DNA of 64,000 bases from Candidatus Parvarchaeota archaeon (GTDB taxonomy: Archaea > Nanobdellota > Nanobdellia > WJKC01): contig JAUWZX010000002.1 in assembly GCA_030615175.1 (NCBI GenBank), positions 62,001 through 126,000 on the forward strand, in the 5' to 3' direction. The notes below the pieces were generated by a model. That model ran no database searches and was not told the origin of the DNA. It saw only the letters and a program-made list of their open reading frames with translations. Positions 1 through 9,324 of this stretch are shown here, piece after piece. Made by a program: the position numbers and the translations under genes. How positions within the stretch are numbered: position 1 is the first letter of the stretch; every line of letters starts with the position of its first letter.

Positions 1-2
1 TA

Positions 3-746
3 AAAAATATATTAATCAAAACTGAAGGTAATGGTTTAATAATTAAGGCGGATTCGCTAGGGAGTCTTGAAGCAATTAATAACTTATTCAAGAATCATCC
101 TATTATGAAGGCTGAGATTGGGGCGATAAACAAGCAGGACTTGATTGAAGCTAACTCCGTGCGTGAAAGCAAAAAGGAGCATGGCGTCATTATAGGATTC
201 AATATTAGTGAACTCGCGGAGGCAGCTGAGTTTAACAAAGAATTAAATATTAAGATATTCAAGTCAAACATTATTTACAAACTATTAGAAGATTATGAGA
301 ATTATTTAAAGGATTTATTAGATAAGCGCAAGGCAAGTGCTTTAAAGAGCCTTGTAACACCTGTTAAACTCAAATTCTTAAAGGATAATGTTTTCAGGGC
401 TTCTAAGCCCGCGATTATTGGCATGGAAGTCCTTGACGGTACTTTAAGGGCAGGCTACTCACTCATTAATGAGGATTTAAGGAAGGTTGGCGAAGTCAAA
501 GCCATTCAAGTTAAGGGTGAGTCAGTTGGCGAGGCAGTTAAGGGCATGCGCGTTGCAGTAAGCATTAGCAATGGAGTAGTTGGCAGGAACTTAAATGAAG
601 GTGACGTCCTGTACTCTAACGTGCCTGAAAGCCACTTCATTAAGATGAAAACTGATTACAAAAAGTACTTGCGCAGTGATGAGATTACTGCCATGCGTGA
701 AATACTTAAAATTCACAGGAAAAAGAATGAAGATTGGGGGCTATAA
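3..746 (+). CDS. infB: Translation initiation factor aIF5B/IF-2, C-terminal part (5' truncated by window)
   Basis: Frame is open from base 3 (IIKADSLGSLEA); VFRASKPAIIG and GRNLNEGDVLY match archaeal IF2 domains III-IV. Confidence 0.95.
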   Translation, partial: KNILIKTEGNGLIIKADSLGSLEAINNLFKNHPIMKAEIGAINKQDLIEANSVRESKKEHGVIIGFNISELAEAAEFNKELNIKIFKSNIIYKLLEDYENYLKDLLDKRKASALKSLVTPVKLKFLKDNVFRASKPAIIGMEVLDGTLRAGYSLINEDLRKVGEVKAIQVKGESVGEAVKGMRVAVSISNGVVGRNLNEGDVLYSNVPESHFIKMKTDYKKYLRSDEITAMREILKIHRKKNEDWGL

Positions 747-752
747 AACCCC

Positions 753-1346
753 TTAAAGCTTTAATTGTTTAAGATAATGCGCCCTCTTACTGTAATCTTT
801 TTTAAAATGATTAATTAAAACAAGATTAACTAAATACTTATTAAATATTTCAAGTCCATCACTTAAGACTGTGAAGCCAAGGGATTCTGGCTGGGAAAAA
901 TGTCTCTTAATGTTCTCGTATCCGTACTCGCGTGTTATTTTATATTTCTTGCAAATACTTTTCCAGTCCCATTGCGTTTCTATTGGCTTCCTAACCCCAT
1001 CATCATTATATAATACATAACAATGAGTTTGCCTTAAGACATCCTTCATGATAACAAGACTTATTGGCAGCCCTGATTCATCACCAATTATTTTATACAA
1101 CATTGATAATCCTAAACAATTGCCCCTGCCTTTTTTAATCACTTCAGTGATTTCAACATAATCACCTTTTTTGAACTCTGACTTCAAATAATCATCCAAT
1201 AACTCCAATTTCATGATGTTATCAGAATTATTAAACTCCTTAATCTCATTAATGACTGATTCTAAATATTGCCTGCAGGAAGCAGTGTTATCCTTGAAAT
1301 AAGATGCATTCAACACTAAATTCAATAAGTTTGCCATGATAACCAT
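753..1346 (-). CDS. Transglutaminase-like (SirB1 N-terminal type) protein
   Basis: GRGNCLGLSMLY...THCYV with putative Cys/His catalytic residues. Confidence 0.6.
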   Translation of the reverse strand: MVIMANLLNLVLNASYFKDNTASCRQYLESVINEIKEFNNSDNIMKLELLDDYLKSEFKKGDYVEITEVIKKGRGNCLGLSMLYKIIGDESGLPISLVIMKDVLRQTHCYVLYNDDGVRKPIETQWDWKSICKKYKITREYGYENIKRHFSQPESLGFTVLSDGLEIFNKYLVNLVLINHFKKDYSKRAHYLKQLKL

Positions 1347-1402
1347 TTAATAATTTATAGGCAAAACTTTATAAAATCATTTCTTTTTTCTAATTCGTAT
1401 TC

Positions 1403-1948
1403 ATGGAGTTTAAAATTAATATTGGTGATAAGGCAGGCAAGAGTTACAAAATTATTCTTAAAGAGCCTGAAGCTGCTAATTTAATTGGTTTAAAGATTGG
1501 CAGCTCATTTAACGGCAGCGTTTTAGGGCTTAATGGTTATGAATTTAAAATCACTGGCGGCAGTGATAATGCAGGTTTCCCGATGAGGAAAGAGGTTATG
1601 GGGTCAAGAAGGGTCAGGATACTCACAGGGAAGAGTGTTGGCTTAAAGAAGGTTAAGCAGAAAGGGTGGCGCAGGAGGAAGACTTTCAGAGGCAACACTA
1701 TTGCGGATGACATTGCTCAAATTAATGTTATTGCAGTGAAGCAGGGTAAGAAAAAGTTAAAGGAGATTTTCGGCAAGAAAGCGCCTGCAGCGAAAGAAGA
1801 GAAAAAGGAAAAATTGCCTAAAGAAGAAAAGTCCAGTGCGAAAGAAGAAAAAAAGGAAGAGAAAAAGAAAAAATCACCTAAAGAAGAAAAACCAGCTGAA
1901 GAGAAAAAGGAAACACTAAAAATTCCAAAAGAGAAGAAAAAAGAGTAA
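1403..1948 (+). CDS. rps6e: 30S ribosomal protein S6e with K/E-rich tail
   Basis: ITGGSDNAGFPMR motif; RRRKTFRGN. Confidence 0.95.
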   Translation: MEFKINIGDKAGKSYKIILKEPEAANLIGLKIGSSFNGSVLGLNGYEFKITGGSDNAGFPMRKEVMGSRRVRILTGKSVGLKKVKQKGWRRRKTFRGNTIADDIAQINVIAVKQGKKKLKEIFGKKAPAAKEEKKEKLPKEEKSSAKEEKKEEKKKKSPKEEKPAEEKKETLKIPKEKKKE

Positions 1949-1983
1949 GGCTTATAATAGATATTAATTCTCTAATTCTTTTA

Positions 1984-3195
1984 ATGAACGTGCCTGAAAT
2001 AAATATTGGAATGGTTGGTCATATTGACCACGGCAAGACAACGCTGCTTGAAGCACTTACAGGTAAGTGGGCGAGCACTCACTCAGAGGAATTAAAAAGA
2101 GGTATTACCATTCGCCTCGGGTACGCTGAAATGAGTATATACAAGTGCCCTAAAGGAGAATACACTAATAATGCTAAGTGCCCTGCTCATAAAGTGAAGT
2201 GCAAAGAGATTAGGCGTGTTTCATTCATTGACGCGCCAGGCCATGAAACATTAATGGCAACAATGCTTTCAAGCGCTTCAGTGATAGACGCTGCAATACT
2301 GGTAATCGCTGCTAATGAAAAGTGCCCGCAGCCTCAGACAAAGGAGCATTTAGCAGCTCTGAAAGTCACAGGGGTTAAGAACATAATCATTGTGCAGAAT
2401 AAAATTGACGTAGTAAGCGAGGCAGAAGCCAAGAATTCTTACAAGGATATTAAGGAATTTGTTAAGGGTTCAATCATAGAGGATGCTCCAGTCATTCCTG
2501 TAAGCGCTCAGCATAACACTAATGTTAACATATTAATCCAGGCAATTCAAGAATTCTTTAAGACCCCGAAGCGTGATTTAAGAAAACAGCCAGTAATGCT
2601 TGTGTTAAGAAGTTTTGACGTTAACAAGCCAGGCACAGAGATTAAGAAATTATCAGGCGGAGTTCTTGGAGGCATACTAAAGCAGGGGGAGTTAAGGAAA
2701 GGTGATGAATTAATCATGCTGCCAGGATTAAAGACTGAAGAGGGCGGCAGGACTGCTTACAAGCCAATAAAGACTAAGGCTGCAAGCATATTTTATGGTT
2801 CAAAACAAGTTAGCAGGGCAATTCCTGGAGGCAACTTCGGTGTTTCAACAACGCTGGACCCTAACTTGACCAAGAGTGATGAATTAGCTGGTTCAATAAT
2901 CTGCACTCCTGCTTACTGTCCTCCAGTGTTTACTGATGAGTTAATATTAAAGCCTGAACTGCTTCAAAGAGTCGTTGGCACTGAAGAGGAATTAGTTCAG
3001 GAAGAGTTAAGAATTAATGAAACCCTCCTTATTAATGCATTAACTGCCAAGACGGTGGGCGTGATTACGAAGGCAGGCAAGAAAATTACTTTAAGGCTTA
3101 AACTACCAATCTGTATTGAACGCGAGGAACGCGTTGCCATTTCAAGATTCATTAATAACAAGTGGCGCTTGATTGGTTCAGGAGTAGTTCAATAA
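1984..3195 (+). CDS. eif2g: Translation initiation factor 2 gamma subunit
   Basis: GHIDHGKT, RGITIRLGY, DAPGHETLM, NKID, WRLIG. Confidence 0.97.
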   Translation: MNVPEINIGMVGHIDHGKTTLLEALTGKWASTHSEELKRGITIRLGYAEMSIYKCPKGEYTNNAKCPAHKVKCKEIRRVSFIDAPGHETLMATMLSSASVIDAAILVIAANEKCPQPQTKEHLAALKVTGVKNIIIVQNKIDVVSEAEAKNSYKDIKEFVKGSIIEDAPVIPVSAQHNTNVNILIQAIQEFFKTPKRDLRKQPVMLVLRSFDVNKPGTEIKKLSGGVLGGILKQGELRKGDELIMLPGLKTEEGGRTAYKPIKTKAASIFYGSKQVSRAIPGGNFGVSTTLDPNLTKSDELAGSIICTPAYCPPVFTDELILKPELLQRVVGTEEELVQEELRINETLLINALTAKTVGVITKAGKKITLRLKLPICIEREERVAISRFINNKWRLIGSGVVQ

Positions 3196-3205
3196 TATTA
3201 AATAG

Positions 3206-3271
3206 AAGCTCAGTGAACACGTCTCCTCATCACGGAGTAAATCTCAGCATGGAGCTGTCACTTCATCGCCA
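3206..3271 (-). ncRNA. C/D box sRNA (2'-O-methylation guide)
   Basis: Minus strand reads GCGATGA (C) - 15-nt guide - CTGA (D') - GTGATGA (C') - 13-nt guide - CTGA (D); TATA-like AAAAGTTTTTTAAA about 25 bp upstream. Confidence 0.8.
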
Positions 3272-3340
3272 ATTAAAAATAATGATTTTATGGGTTTAAA
3301 AAACTTTTTAAAAACATTAATAATTAAATTCTTAGTAATT

Positions 3341-3446
3341 GCTCCGGTAGCTCAGTTGGTTAGAGCGCTACACTCATAATTGAGGGCGTTACTGGTATTA
3401 ACTAACAGAAATGTAGAGGTCGTGGGTTCGATTCCCTCCCGGGGCT
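3341..3446 (+). tRNA. tRNA with CAT anticodon (probably elongator Met) with 32-nt intron at 37/38 (3379-3410)
   Basis: GCTCCGG/CCGGGGC acceptor, CTACA-CT-CAT-A[intron]A-TGTAG arm, GGTTCGATT T-arm. Confidence 0.9.
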
Positions 3447-3543
3447 TACCTTTTAAGGTTCACTTCCCTTCAACCTTAAATAAGAATAGATTGTTGCGTA
3501 AATAAAAGAATAAATACTTCTTTAAGATTTTCAAATATTTATA

Positions 3544-5646
3544 ATGAATAGTTACTTTCTTGGTAATAAAAAATATGAAAGTTATAAGACATATAATAAC
3601 AGAAAATACTTAATTATTAATGGAAAAAAGCGGCCAATTAGTCATAGCGAACAATTAATTAAGATTAATGATATTACTTCAAAAATTAATGATTATGAAA
3701 CAAATTATTATGAAATAATTAATAAAAATGAATTATCTCCTGTAGCAATTATCAGTCCTGAACAATCTCTTGAAGAAATACTTTCAGGAGGGTATGATAA
3801 GCAATTTCCAGACTACAGATCACTTGAATTAATCCATCATAGTGGAAGAAGTTATATCTTGGTACCCAGCTTACTTTTTGATGATGCCCGCTATGGTATA
3901 GCAGTCAGTGTTAATGGCAACATATTCTTAGGAGCAGGCGATTATAAAGGCAATAATGAGTATGAGGCAGGAATGTTGTGGGGTGGAAGAGGCTTAGTAT
4001 ATGTTTTCGGACAAGAATATGACGGGAACAGAGTTAAACAAGGCATTAAGTATACTCAAGACTGTATGGGCATGGTTTATGCGGTCGGAGATAATGAAGA
4101 AGTTGAAGAAACTAACAGGATTGAAGATATAAATTTCATAATAAATGCTATTAGTAACTACCAATTACAAACTCATAAGAAAGGAGGATTATTTAACTTA
4201 AATAACATAACAGCAAATAGTTTTAAGAGACTTTTTTTGGAAACTGAACTTGAAGGCATGAATATTAAAGACGAAATAATCAATGATTTATATCAAAGTT
4301 TCAAGCATTTAAAAGAAGCATATCTAGAAAGTTTTGAAGTCCGAAACAAAGGGTCTATTCCTCTGAAATTCATTCTTGAAAAAGTTGATGAATTAAATAT
4401 ATTTAAATTCGTATTCAATGAAGATGATAAATCTTTTTTAAAATCAATTATAATAAATGAATATGACTCCTCATGGGATTCATTACTTAGTAAGCTTGAT
4501 TTGTCTTTAAATGAAGTAAATAAAACAATTGTGGACAACATGATTGATTCAGGATTTCATTCAACTATGCATGAATTAGCAAAGAAGGGATATAATTTTA
4601 CAGATAAACAAACAGATAAGATAATTAAAAACAATTTTACTGGCGCTGCACGCGTAATTGCTAATAAATACAGATTCAGTGACGAACAAGTAAACTGGAT
4701 TATAGAAGAGTATAACTCTTTTTATAAAGCTCTAAAAAGAATAGCAAATAATTACAACTTTTCTAACGAACAAGTAAATAAAATGATTGAAAAGGAATGT
4801 GGCGGTACATTATCAACGCTTGTTGGGAAATATGAATTTAATGATAATCAAATAAATAAAATGATTAATCACGAGTGGACATACAATTTTAGGAATACAA
4901 TAAATAATCTTTTACTAAATAATTATGAATTCAGTGATGAGCAATTAAATAAGATAATTAATAAAAAGATAAGTAAAAAACTGGTTTTCCTTTATATGAA
5001 TCATGAATCTGTTGATAATCAGGTTAATAACCTGATTGAGAATAAATCAAAACATTCTTTAACTAACCTCGTGCGTGATGGCTACAAATTCAGTAACGAA
5101 CAAGTAAATAAAATGATTAATCATGGATTTAAGAATCCTTTAAAAGCTCTTTCTTGGGATTACAAATTTAGTGACGAACAAATTAATGAATTAATTAAAA
5201 AAAGATTCAGGAGCGCAATAAATGTATTAACCGAACATAAATATAAATTTGATGATGAGCAAGTGAATGAAATGATTAATAAAGGATTCGGCAGGTCCTT
5301 ATCCAATCTATTATGCGAAGCAGATTATGAATTCACTGATGAACAAATTAATAGGATGATTAATAAAAAGTTAAAAGAAACAACTAGCATTCTTGTTTGT
5401 AGAGATTATAAATTTACTGGCAAACAAGTAGATAAAATGATTAAATACGAATTTAAAAATGCTATAAATGAACTTGCAGAAAAAAGACATGAATTCAATA
5501 AAGAACAAATTAAAAAAATTATTGATAATAACTTTTGTTTAGCGTCCAGGTTTATTTATGAAACGCGCGGTTATGATTTATCTGAAGAGTATAGAAAAAA
5601 AGCCGGACATCATAGCGATATATACCATAACCCAAGAAGACTATAA
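3544..5646 (+). CDS. Hypothetical protein with about 12 C-terminal repeats of 26-31 aa (YxFxDEQ[VI]NxMI)
   Basis: 700-aa ORF; repeats visible in the translation. Confidence 0.8.
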   Translation: MNSYFLGNKKYESYKTYNNRKYLIINGKKRPISHSEQLIKINDITSKINDYETNYYEIINKNELSPVAIISPEQSLEEILSGGYDKQFPDYRSLELIHHSGRSYILVPSLLFDDARYGIAVSVNGNIFLGAGDYKGNNEYEAGMLWGGRGLVYVFGQEYDGNRVKQGIKYTQDCMGMVYAVGDNEEVEETNRIEDINFIINAISNYQLQTHKKGGLFNLNNITANSFKRLFLETELEGMNIKDEIINDLYQSFKHLKEAYLESFEVRNKGSIPLKFILEKVDELNIFKFVFNEDDKSFLKSIIINEYDSSWDSLLSKLDLSLNEVNKTIVDNMIDSGFHSTMHELAKKGYNFTDKQTDKIIKNNFTGAARVIANKYRFSDEQVNWIIEEYNSFYKALKRIANNYNFSNEQVNKMIEKECGGTLSTLVGKYEFNDNQINKMINHEWTYNFRNTINNLLLNNYEFSDEQLNKIINKKISKKLVFLYMNHESVDNQVNNLIENKSKHSLTNLVRDGYKFSNEQVNKMINHGFKNPLKALSWDYKFSDEQINELIKKRFRSAINVLTEHKYKFDDEQVNEMINKGFGRSLSNLLCEADYEFTDEQINRMINKKLKETTSILVCRDYKFTGKQVDKMIKYEFKNAINELAEKRHEFNKEQIKKIIDNNFCLASRFIYETRGYDLSEEYRKKAGHHSDIYHNPRRL

Positions 5647-5713
5647 TATACGCCAGTATATGTTCCAAATCCATAATATTTATTAAGAAACACTTTTTTG
5701 ATATTGAATTGTA

Positions 5714-6079
5714 ATGGATAGGAAAGAAGAATTAACTTTGATAAAAAAGTTAGATAGTTATATTATCAGGCTTGACAATCATCTTATTATTACTCTATTA
5801 TTCAAGTTTTATTGCGGCCTAAACGAGATTTTTCCAGAGTACAAGAGAAAATATTTTGGAGCAGCATACAATAAAGGATTGATTAGTGAGGAGCAGATTG
5901 GCGAGGTTAAGGAATGGAGAGATTATAGAAACAAATTAGTTCATAATAACATTAGGTTAAGTGATGAGGATTGCAAAAAAATTGAATTAATTAAAAATAA
6001 TATTGAAACAATTATTAACCAAGTAGATGAAAAGACTTCTTTCAGTTATGATAAAGGATTTCTGCCAAACAGGCTTTGA
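5714..6079 (+). CDS. HEPN-like small protein
   Basis: RNKLVH (Rx4H) motif in an all-helical 121-aa protein. Confidence 0.5.
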   Translation: MDRKEELTLIKKLDSYIIRLDNHLIITLLFKFYCGLNEIFPEYKRKYFGAAYNKGLISEEQIGEVKEWRDYRNKLVHNNIRLSDEDCKKIELIKNNIETIINQVDEKTSFSYDKGFLPNRL

Positions 6080-6195
6080 AAATCCTAGTCCCAACACTGT
6101 GTTTCTCTATCATATTTTCGAAGAAAGTAATTACTATATTATAGATTTGTTGATAAAGGAAATTATTTTAATAACTTATCATTATTATTCTTATT

Positions 6196-7212
6196 ATGAA
6201 AGAGTTTGATTTCCAAACAATTGCTCCTAAAACTTATGGAGCACTTACTGGAAAATATATTGACGAAGTCCTGGACGAGATTCTTGATTGTTACAGTAAT
6301 GGAAAGGATTTCTGGATTAATCTTAACACAAACAGGTTTATCCTGGTCCCGAAGAGTTATCGCAACAAAGAAAAGGATTTAATAACTGGTCTTTCCAGGA
6401 ATGATTTTAATTGTTTTAAGGATTATTTAGTGTGGGGAAAGGTGAGTGGTTGGAATATTCCTGGCAAAAATCTTGACGAAAACAGTTACAGGCTGCACAG
6501 GAATCCTGAAGAAAGGCTTTCTGAAGAGGATGCAGTGAGAATTATGGAAAGAATAAGGCTTGTCTGGAAAGAGAAGCCAAATTATAATGCTGAATATGAT
6601 GTTATGCGTTCAAGGTATGATAATTCTGGGATGACTCCTCTGGAATTCCAGACTAATTATGAGTTCAGGGAATACAAGGGGGGAAAAGGTATTGAATTAA
6701 AGAGTTTCAGGACTATACAGGAGTTCTGGAGAAATTGTCTTGGTGACAGGTCCTTGATTAATAAGAGGACTTATCCTGGGAAAAAACTGTGTTTGGAAAA
6801 CATGATATTAATGAGTGAAGTGCCTGCTTACCCTTCAGCAGCTTATTCTGGCAGTTATTGGGGTAGGATACAGCCCAACAGGATAAAGGATAAGAACCTT
6901 CCCGGCTCAACAATCACTTGGGGAATGCTTGACATTGGAAAACATGCTTCCAGGATTTTTGGCTCCGTACCGCTAGCCAAATTAAGAAAAGTGGAGGGGG
7001 ATGAATACACAGTGCTATGCCTTAACAATGAGGAATCAATTATTGGCGCAGTATCAATATACGTTAAGAATGACGATGAAATCCTTGACAGGGTAGGCGA
7101 GAGAATAGATAGTGTGGAATTAGAAGTCAGGCAGCCGAATTATTATTTCATACTCAATGATGATTACGCTCTGCCGATAATATATTATCCGCTGGTAAAA
7201 AGATTCAGATAG
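6196..7212 (+). CDS. Hypothetical protein
   Basis: 338-aa ORF, no motif recognised. Confidence 0.7.
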   Translation: MKEFDFQTIAPKTYGALTGKYIDEVLDEILDCYSNGKDFWINLNTNRFILVPKSYRNKEKDLITGLSRNDFNCFKDYLVWGKVSGWNIPGKNLDENSYRLHRNPEERLSEEDAVRIMERIRLVWKEKPNYNAEYDVMRSRYDNSGMTPLEFQTNYEFREYKGGKGIELKSFRTIQEFWRNCLGDRSLINKRTYPGKKLCLENMILMSEVPAYPSAAYSGSYWGRIQPNRIKDKNLPGSTITWGMLDIGKHASRIFGSVPLAKLRKVEGDEYTVLCLNNEESIIGAVSIYVKNDDEILDRVGERIDSVELEVRQPNYYFILNDDYALPIIYYPLVKRFR

Positions 7213-7531
7213 TGTAATCCTTTAATATTTCTTCACACATAGAACAAAGATTCATGTACTTCTTCTCAGGCCTGAATCCTAATTTTTTTCCAACCTCCCA
7301 TGGACCCATATCCAGTAATGATTTAATGACTTCATCCTTAATTGCATTCTCATATAATTCACCAACTTTGTCAGTTATTGCATTGCCCAGAATTAGGGAT
7401 GGGATTTCCCAGCAACACATGTTCACGCTGCCATCAGGATTTATATTAAGGTAAGCGCGCTGAGTATCATGCCAATTCTCATAAGCCTCGCAATAAAAAG
7501 TTCTGGGAAAAATTTTTTCAGAGATCTTCAT
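7205..7531 (-). CDS. Stand-alone SPASM/twitch-like Fe-S domain protein (start probably MKISEK)
   Basis: C...LNINPDGSVNMCC...LGNAI...CSMC. Confidence 0.65.
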   Translation of the reverse strand: MKISEKIFPRTFYCEAYENWHDTQRAYLNINPDGSVNMCCWEIPSLILGNAITDKVGELYENAIKDEVIKSLLDMGPWEVGKKLGFRPEKKYMNLCSMCEEILKDYTI

Positions 7532-7781
7532 CTTTTCTGAACCAGGATTCGTAAAGACAGCAACAATCCCCATTCTTATTCCAATTCCAATATTTGCAAA
7601 CCAACCAGTCGTTTTCTTCATCAGTGGGGTCATCATGTATGTAATGCTCTTCTATAATAATTCGTTCTATTCCATGTTTAGAATCATATGAAGGACTAAT
7701 AATGCAACCTTTCTTAAAGAGTAAGCTTGCTAAAGGAGCAGTTTTTGGGAATGCGCCATAACATTCAGGTTTTTCTTCCAT
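7518..7781 (-). CDS. Small Cys/Trp-rich acidic protein (87 aa)
   Basis: ORF overlaps the start of the SPASM-like gene; C-terminus CKYWNWNKNGDCCCLYESWF. Confidence 0.55.
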   Translation of the reverse strand: MEEKPECYGAFPKTAPLASLLFKKGCIISPSYDSKHGIERIIIEEHYIHDDPTDEENDWLVCKYWNWNKNGDCCCLYESWFRKDEDL

Positions 7782-7923
7782 ATCTTAATTCGTTAAATAT
7801 TTTTTATTAATAAATTTTTCCTTTGAACTTTTATTACTTCTCGTAGTGACCAATAGTCTTAATTAAAGTTTTCAATATGAATAAAGAAAAGTAAACAAAA
7901 AGTTTTTAAAACAAGATTTTTTT

Positions 7924-8832
7924 ATGAATTTCTTCATGATACTTGATAAAAAAATACTGAAAGAAGAAATAGGAATACATGAACTGGAATATGATGAGAA
8001 TGTTTGGGAAGAATTCATTGTTAAGCCTGTGAAAACTCTTCAGTTATTCATTACTAACCAGTGTAACCTGCGATGCAGGGCTTGCTTTTATGCACATAAA
8101 CTTGGCAGGGAAGAAATGAGTTTTGATGAATATAAAAGCCATGTTCTTAAATACAATGAAGAGGTTGAGAAAATAATATTATTGGGCGGGGAACCAACAC
8201 TTCATTCAAATTTGGAAAAAATATTTGAATTCAACAAGGACAATGATTTAAGAACAACAATTTACTCCAACGGAACCAAATTAAAAATGCTTGAAAACAT
8301 TGACTTGTCAGAAGTAAGTGTCAGGATAGGGGTCATGGGAGCACGCTCAAGCGAGAAACCATTAAACAATGTGGAAAGAGTCAAAATCCCTGTTACAATT
8401 GTATTCATGTTAAGGCCTGACAATGTTGATGAATTAATGACTACTGCAATAATGGCTGAAAAAGAATTCAATTGTGAACGCTTCATGATTTCAAGCATTA
8501 GAGATGTTGCGCAGACACGTAATTACTGGAAGGACAATGAGAACACTATTCCATTAAAAGAATACGCGAAGATAGTGCAAGGATTTGTTAATGATTACAA
8601 AGGAGGATTAAATGAATTACACCTTTCTAACCGAGGAGTGATTTATGGAAAAAAACAAGGAATTATTGTAGACAAGTGCAGGTTTGGCAACGTTTTCCCA
8701 GATGGGAAAAAAATAATATGCCCATTTGACATATCACTAAAAAAATACACAAATAAATTAATATTTAATGAAAGGAATTGCAATAAGAATAATGCTTGCT
8801 TATTAACAAAAACAGTGCTTCGAAGAAAATAA
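7924..8832 (+). CDS. Radical SAM protein with short Cys-containing C-terminal domain
   Basis: CNLRCRAC, LLGGEPTL, C-terminal CRFG..PDG..CPFD..C..C. Confidence 0.9.
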   Translation: MNFFMILDKKILKEEIGIHELEYDENVWEEFIVKPVKTLQLFITNQCNLRCRACFYAHKLGREEMSFDEYKSHVLKYNEEVEKIILLGGEPTLHSNLEKIFEFNKDNDLRTTIYSNGTKLKMLENIDLSEVSVRIGVMGARSSEKPLNNVERVKIPVTIVFMLRPDNVDELMTTAIMAEKEFNCERFMISSIRDVAQTRNYWKDNENTIPLKEYAKIVQGFVNDYKGGLNELHLSNRGVIYGKKQGIIVDKCRFGNVFPDGKKIICPFDISLKKYTNKLIFNERNCNKNNACLLTKTVLRRK

Positions 8833-8843
8833 TTACCATATTA

Positions 8844-9266
8844 CTACATGGAACTTCCTAATTGTTTCATGACTGCCTTAGCAGAATTATATTTTGAGGT
8901 ATAATCTGGTATACAACATTGAAATCTTCCATTAGTTTTAAAGTATAAGTCAACTCTAAAGTTCTTCCCTTTTTCCCTTTTACATTGTTTAATAGCATTC
9001 ATTAATTGGGAAGGAGCGATTAACCATTCCTCCTTCTTTAACACTGCATCCAATAAGTTATAACTACTTGGAATAATGTCAGACCTTTCAGACAATATAG
9101 GAGTACGATAATAATTCTTAATTAATTCATCCCTAAGGGACGCATCAACTTCCTCCTGGTCAAGTAATTGCTCTAAAACCACTAATTTATTTTCTCTTTC
9201 CTCATCTGATAGTTCCTTAAAATAATTAGACTTCTTAACATACTCCTTCAACGACTTATACATCAT
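8844..9266 (-). CDS. Hypothetical protein
   Basis: 140-aa ORF. Confidence 0.55.
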   Translation of the reverse strand: MMYKSLKEYVKKSNYFKELSDEERENKLVVLEQLLDQEEVDASLRDELIKNYYRTPILSERSDIIPSSYNLLDAVLKKEEWLIAPSQLMNAIKQCKREKGKNFRVDLYFKTNGRFQCCIPDYTSKYNSAKAVMKQLGSSM

Positions 9267-9324
9267 ACATTAATTTATTTAAGAACATAACTTAAATACG
9301 TTTCGAGAGTGAATGCAAAATAGT

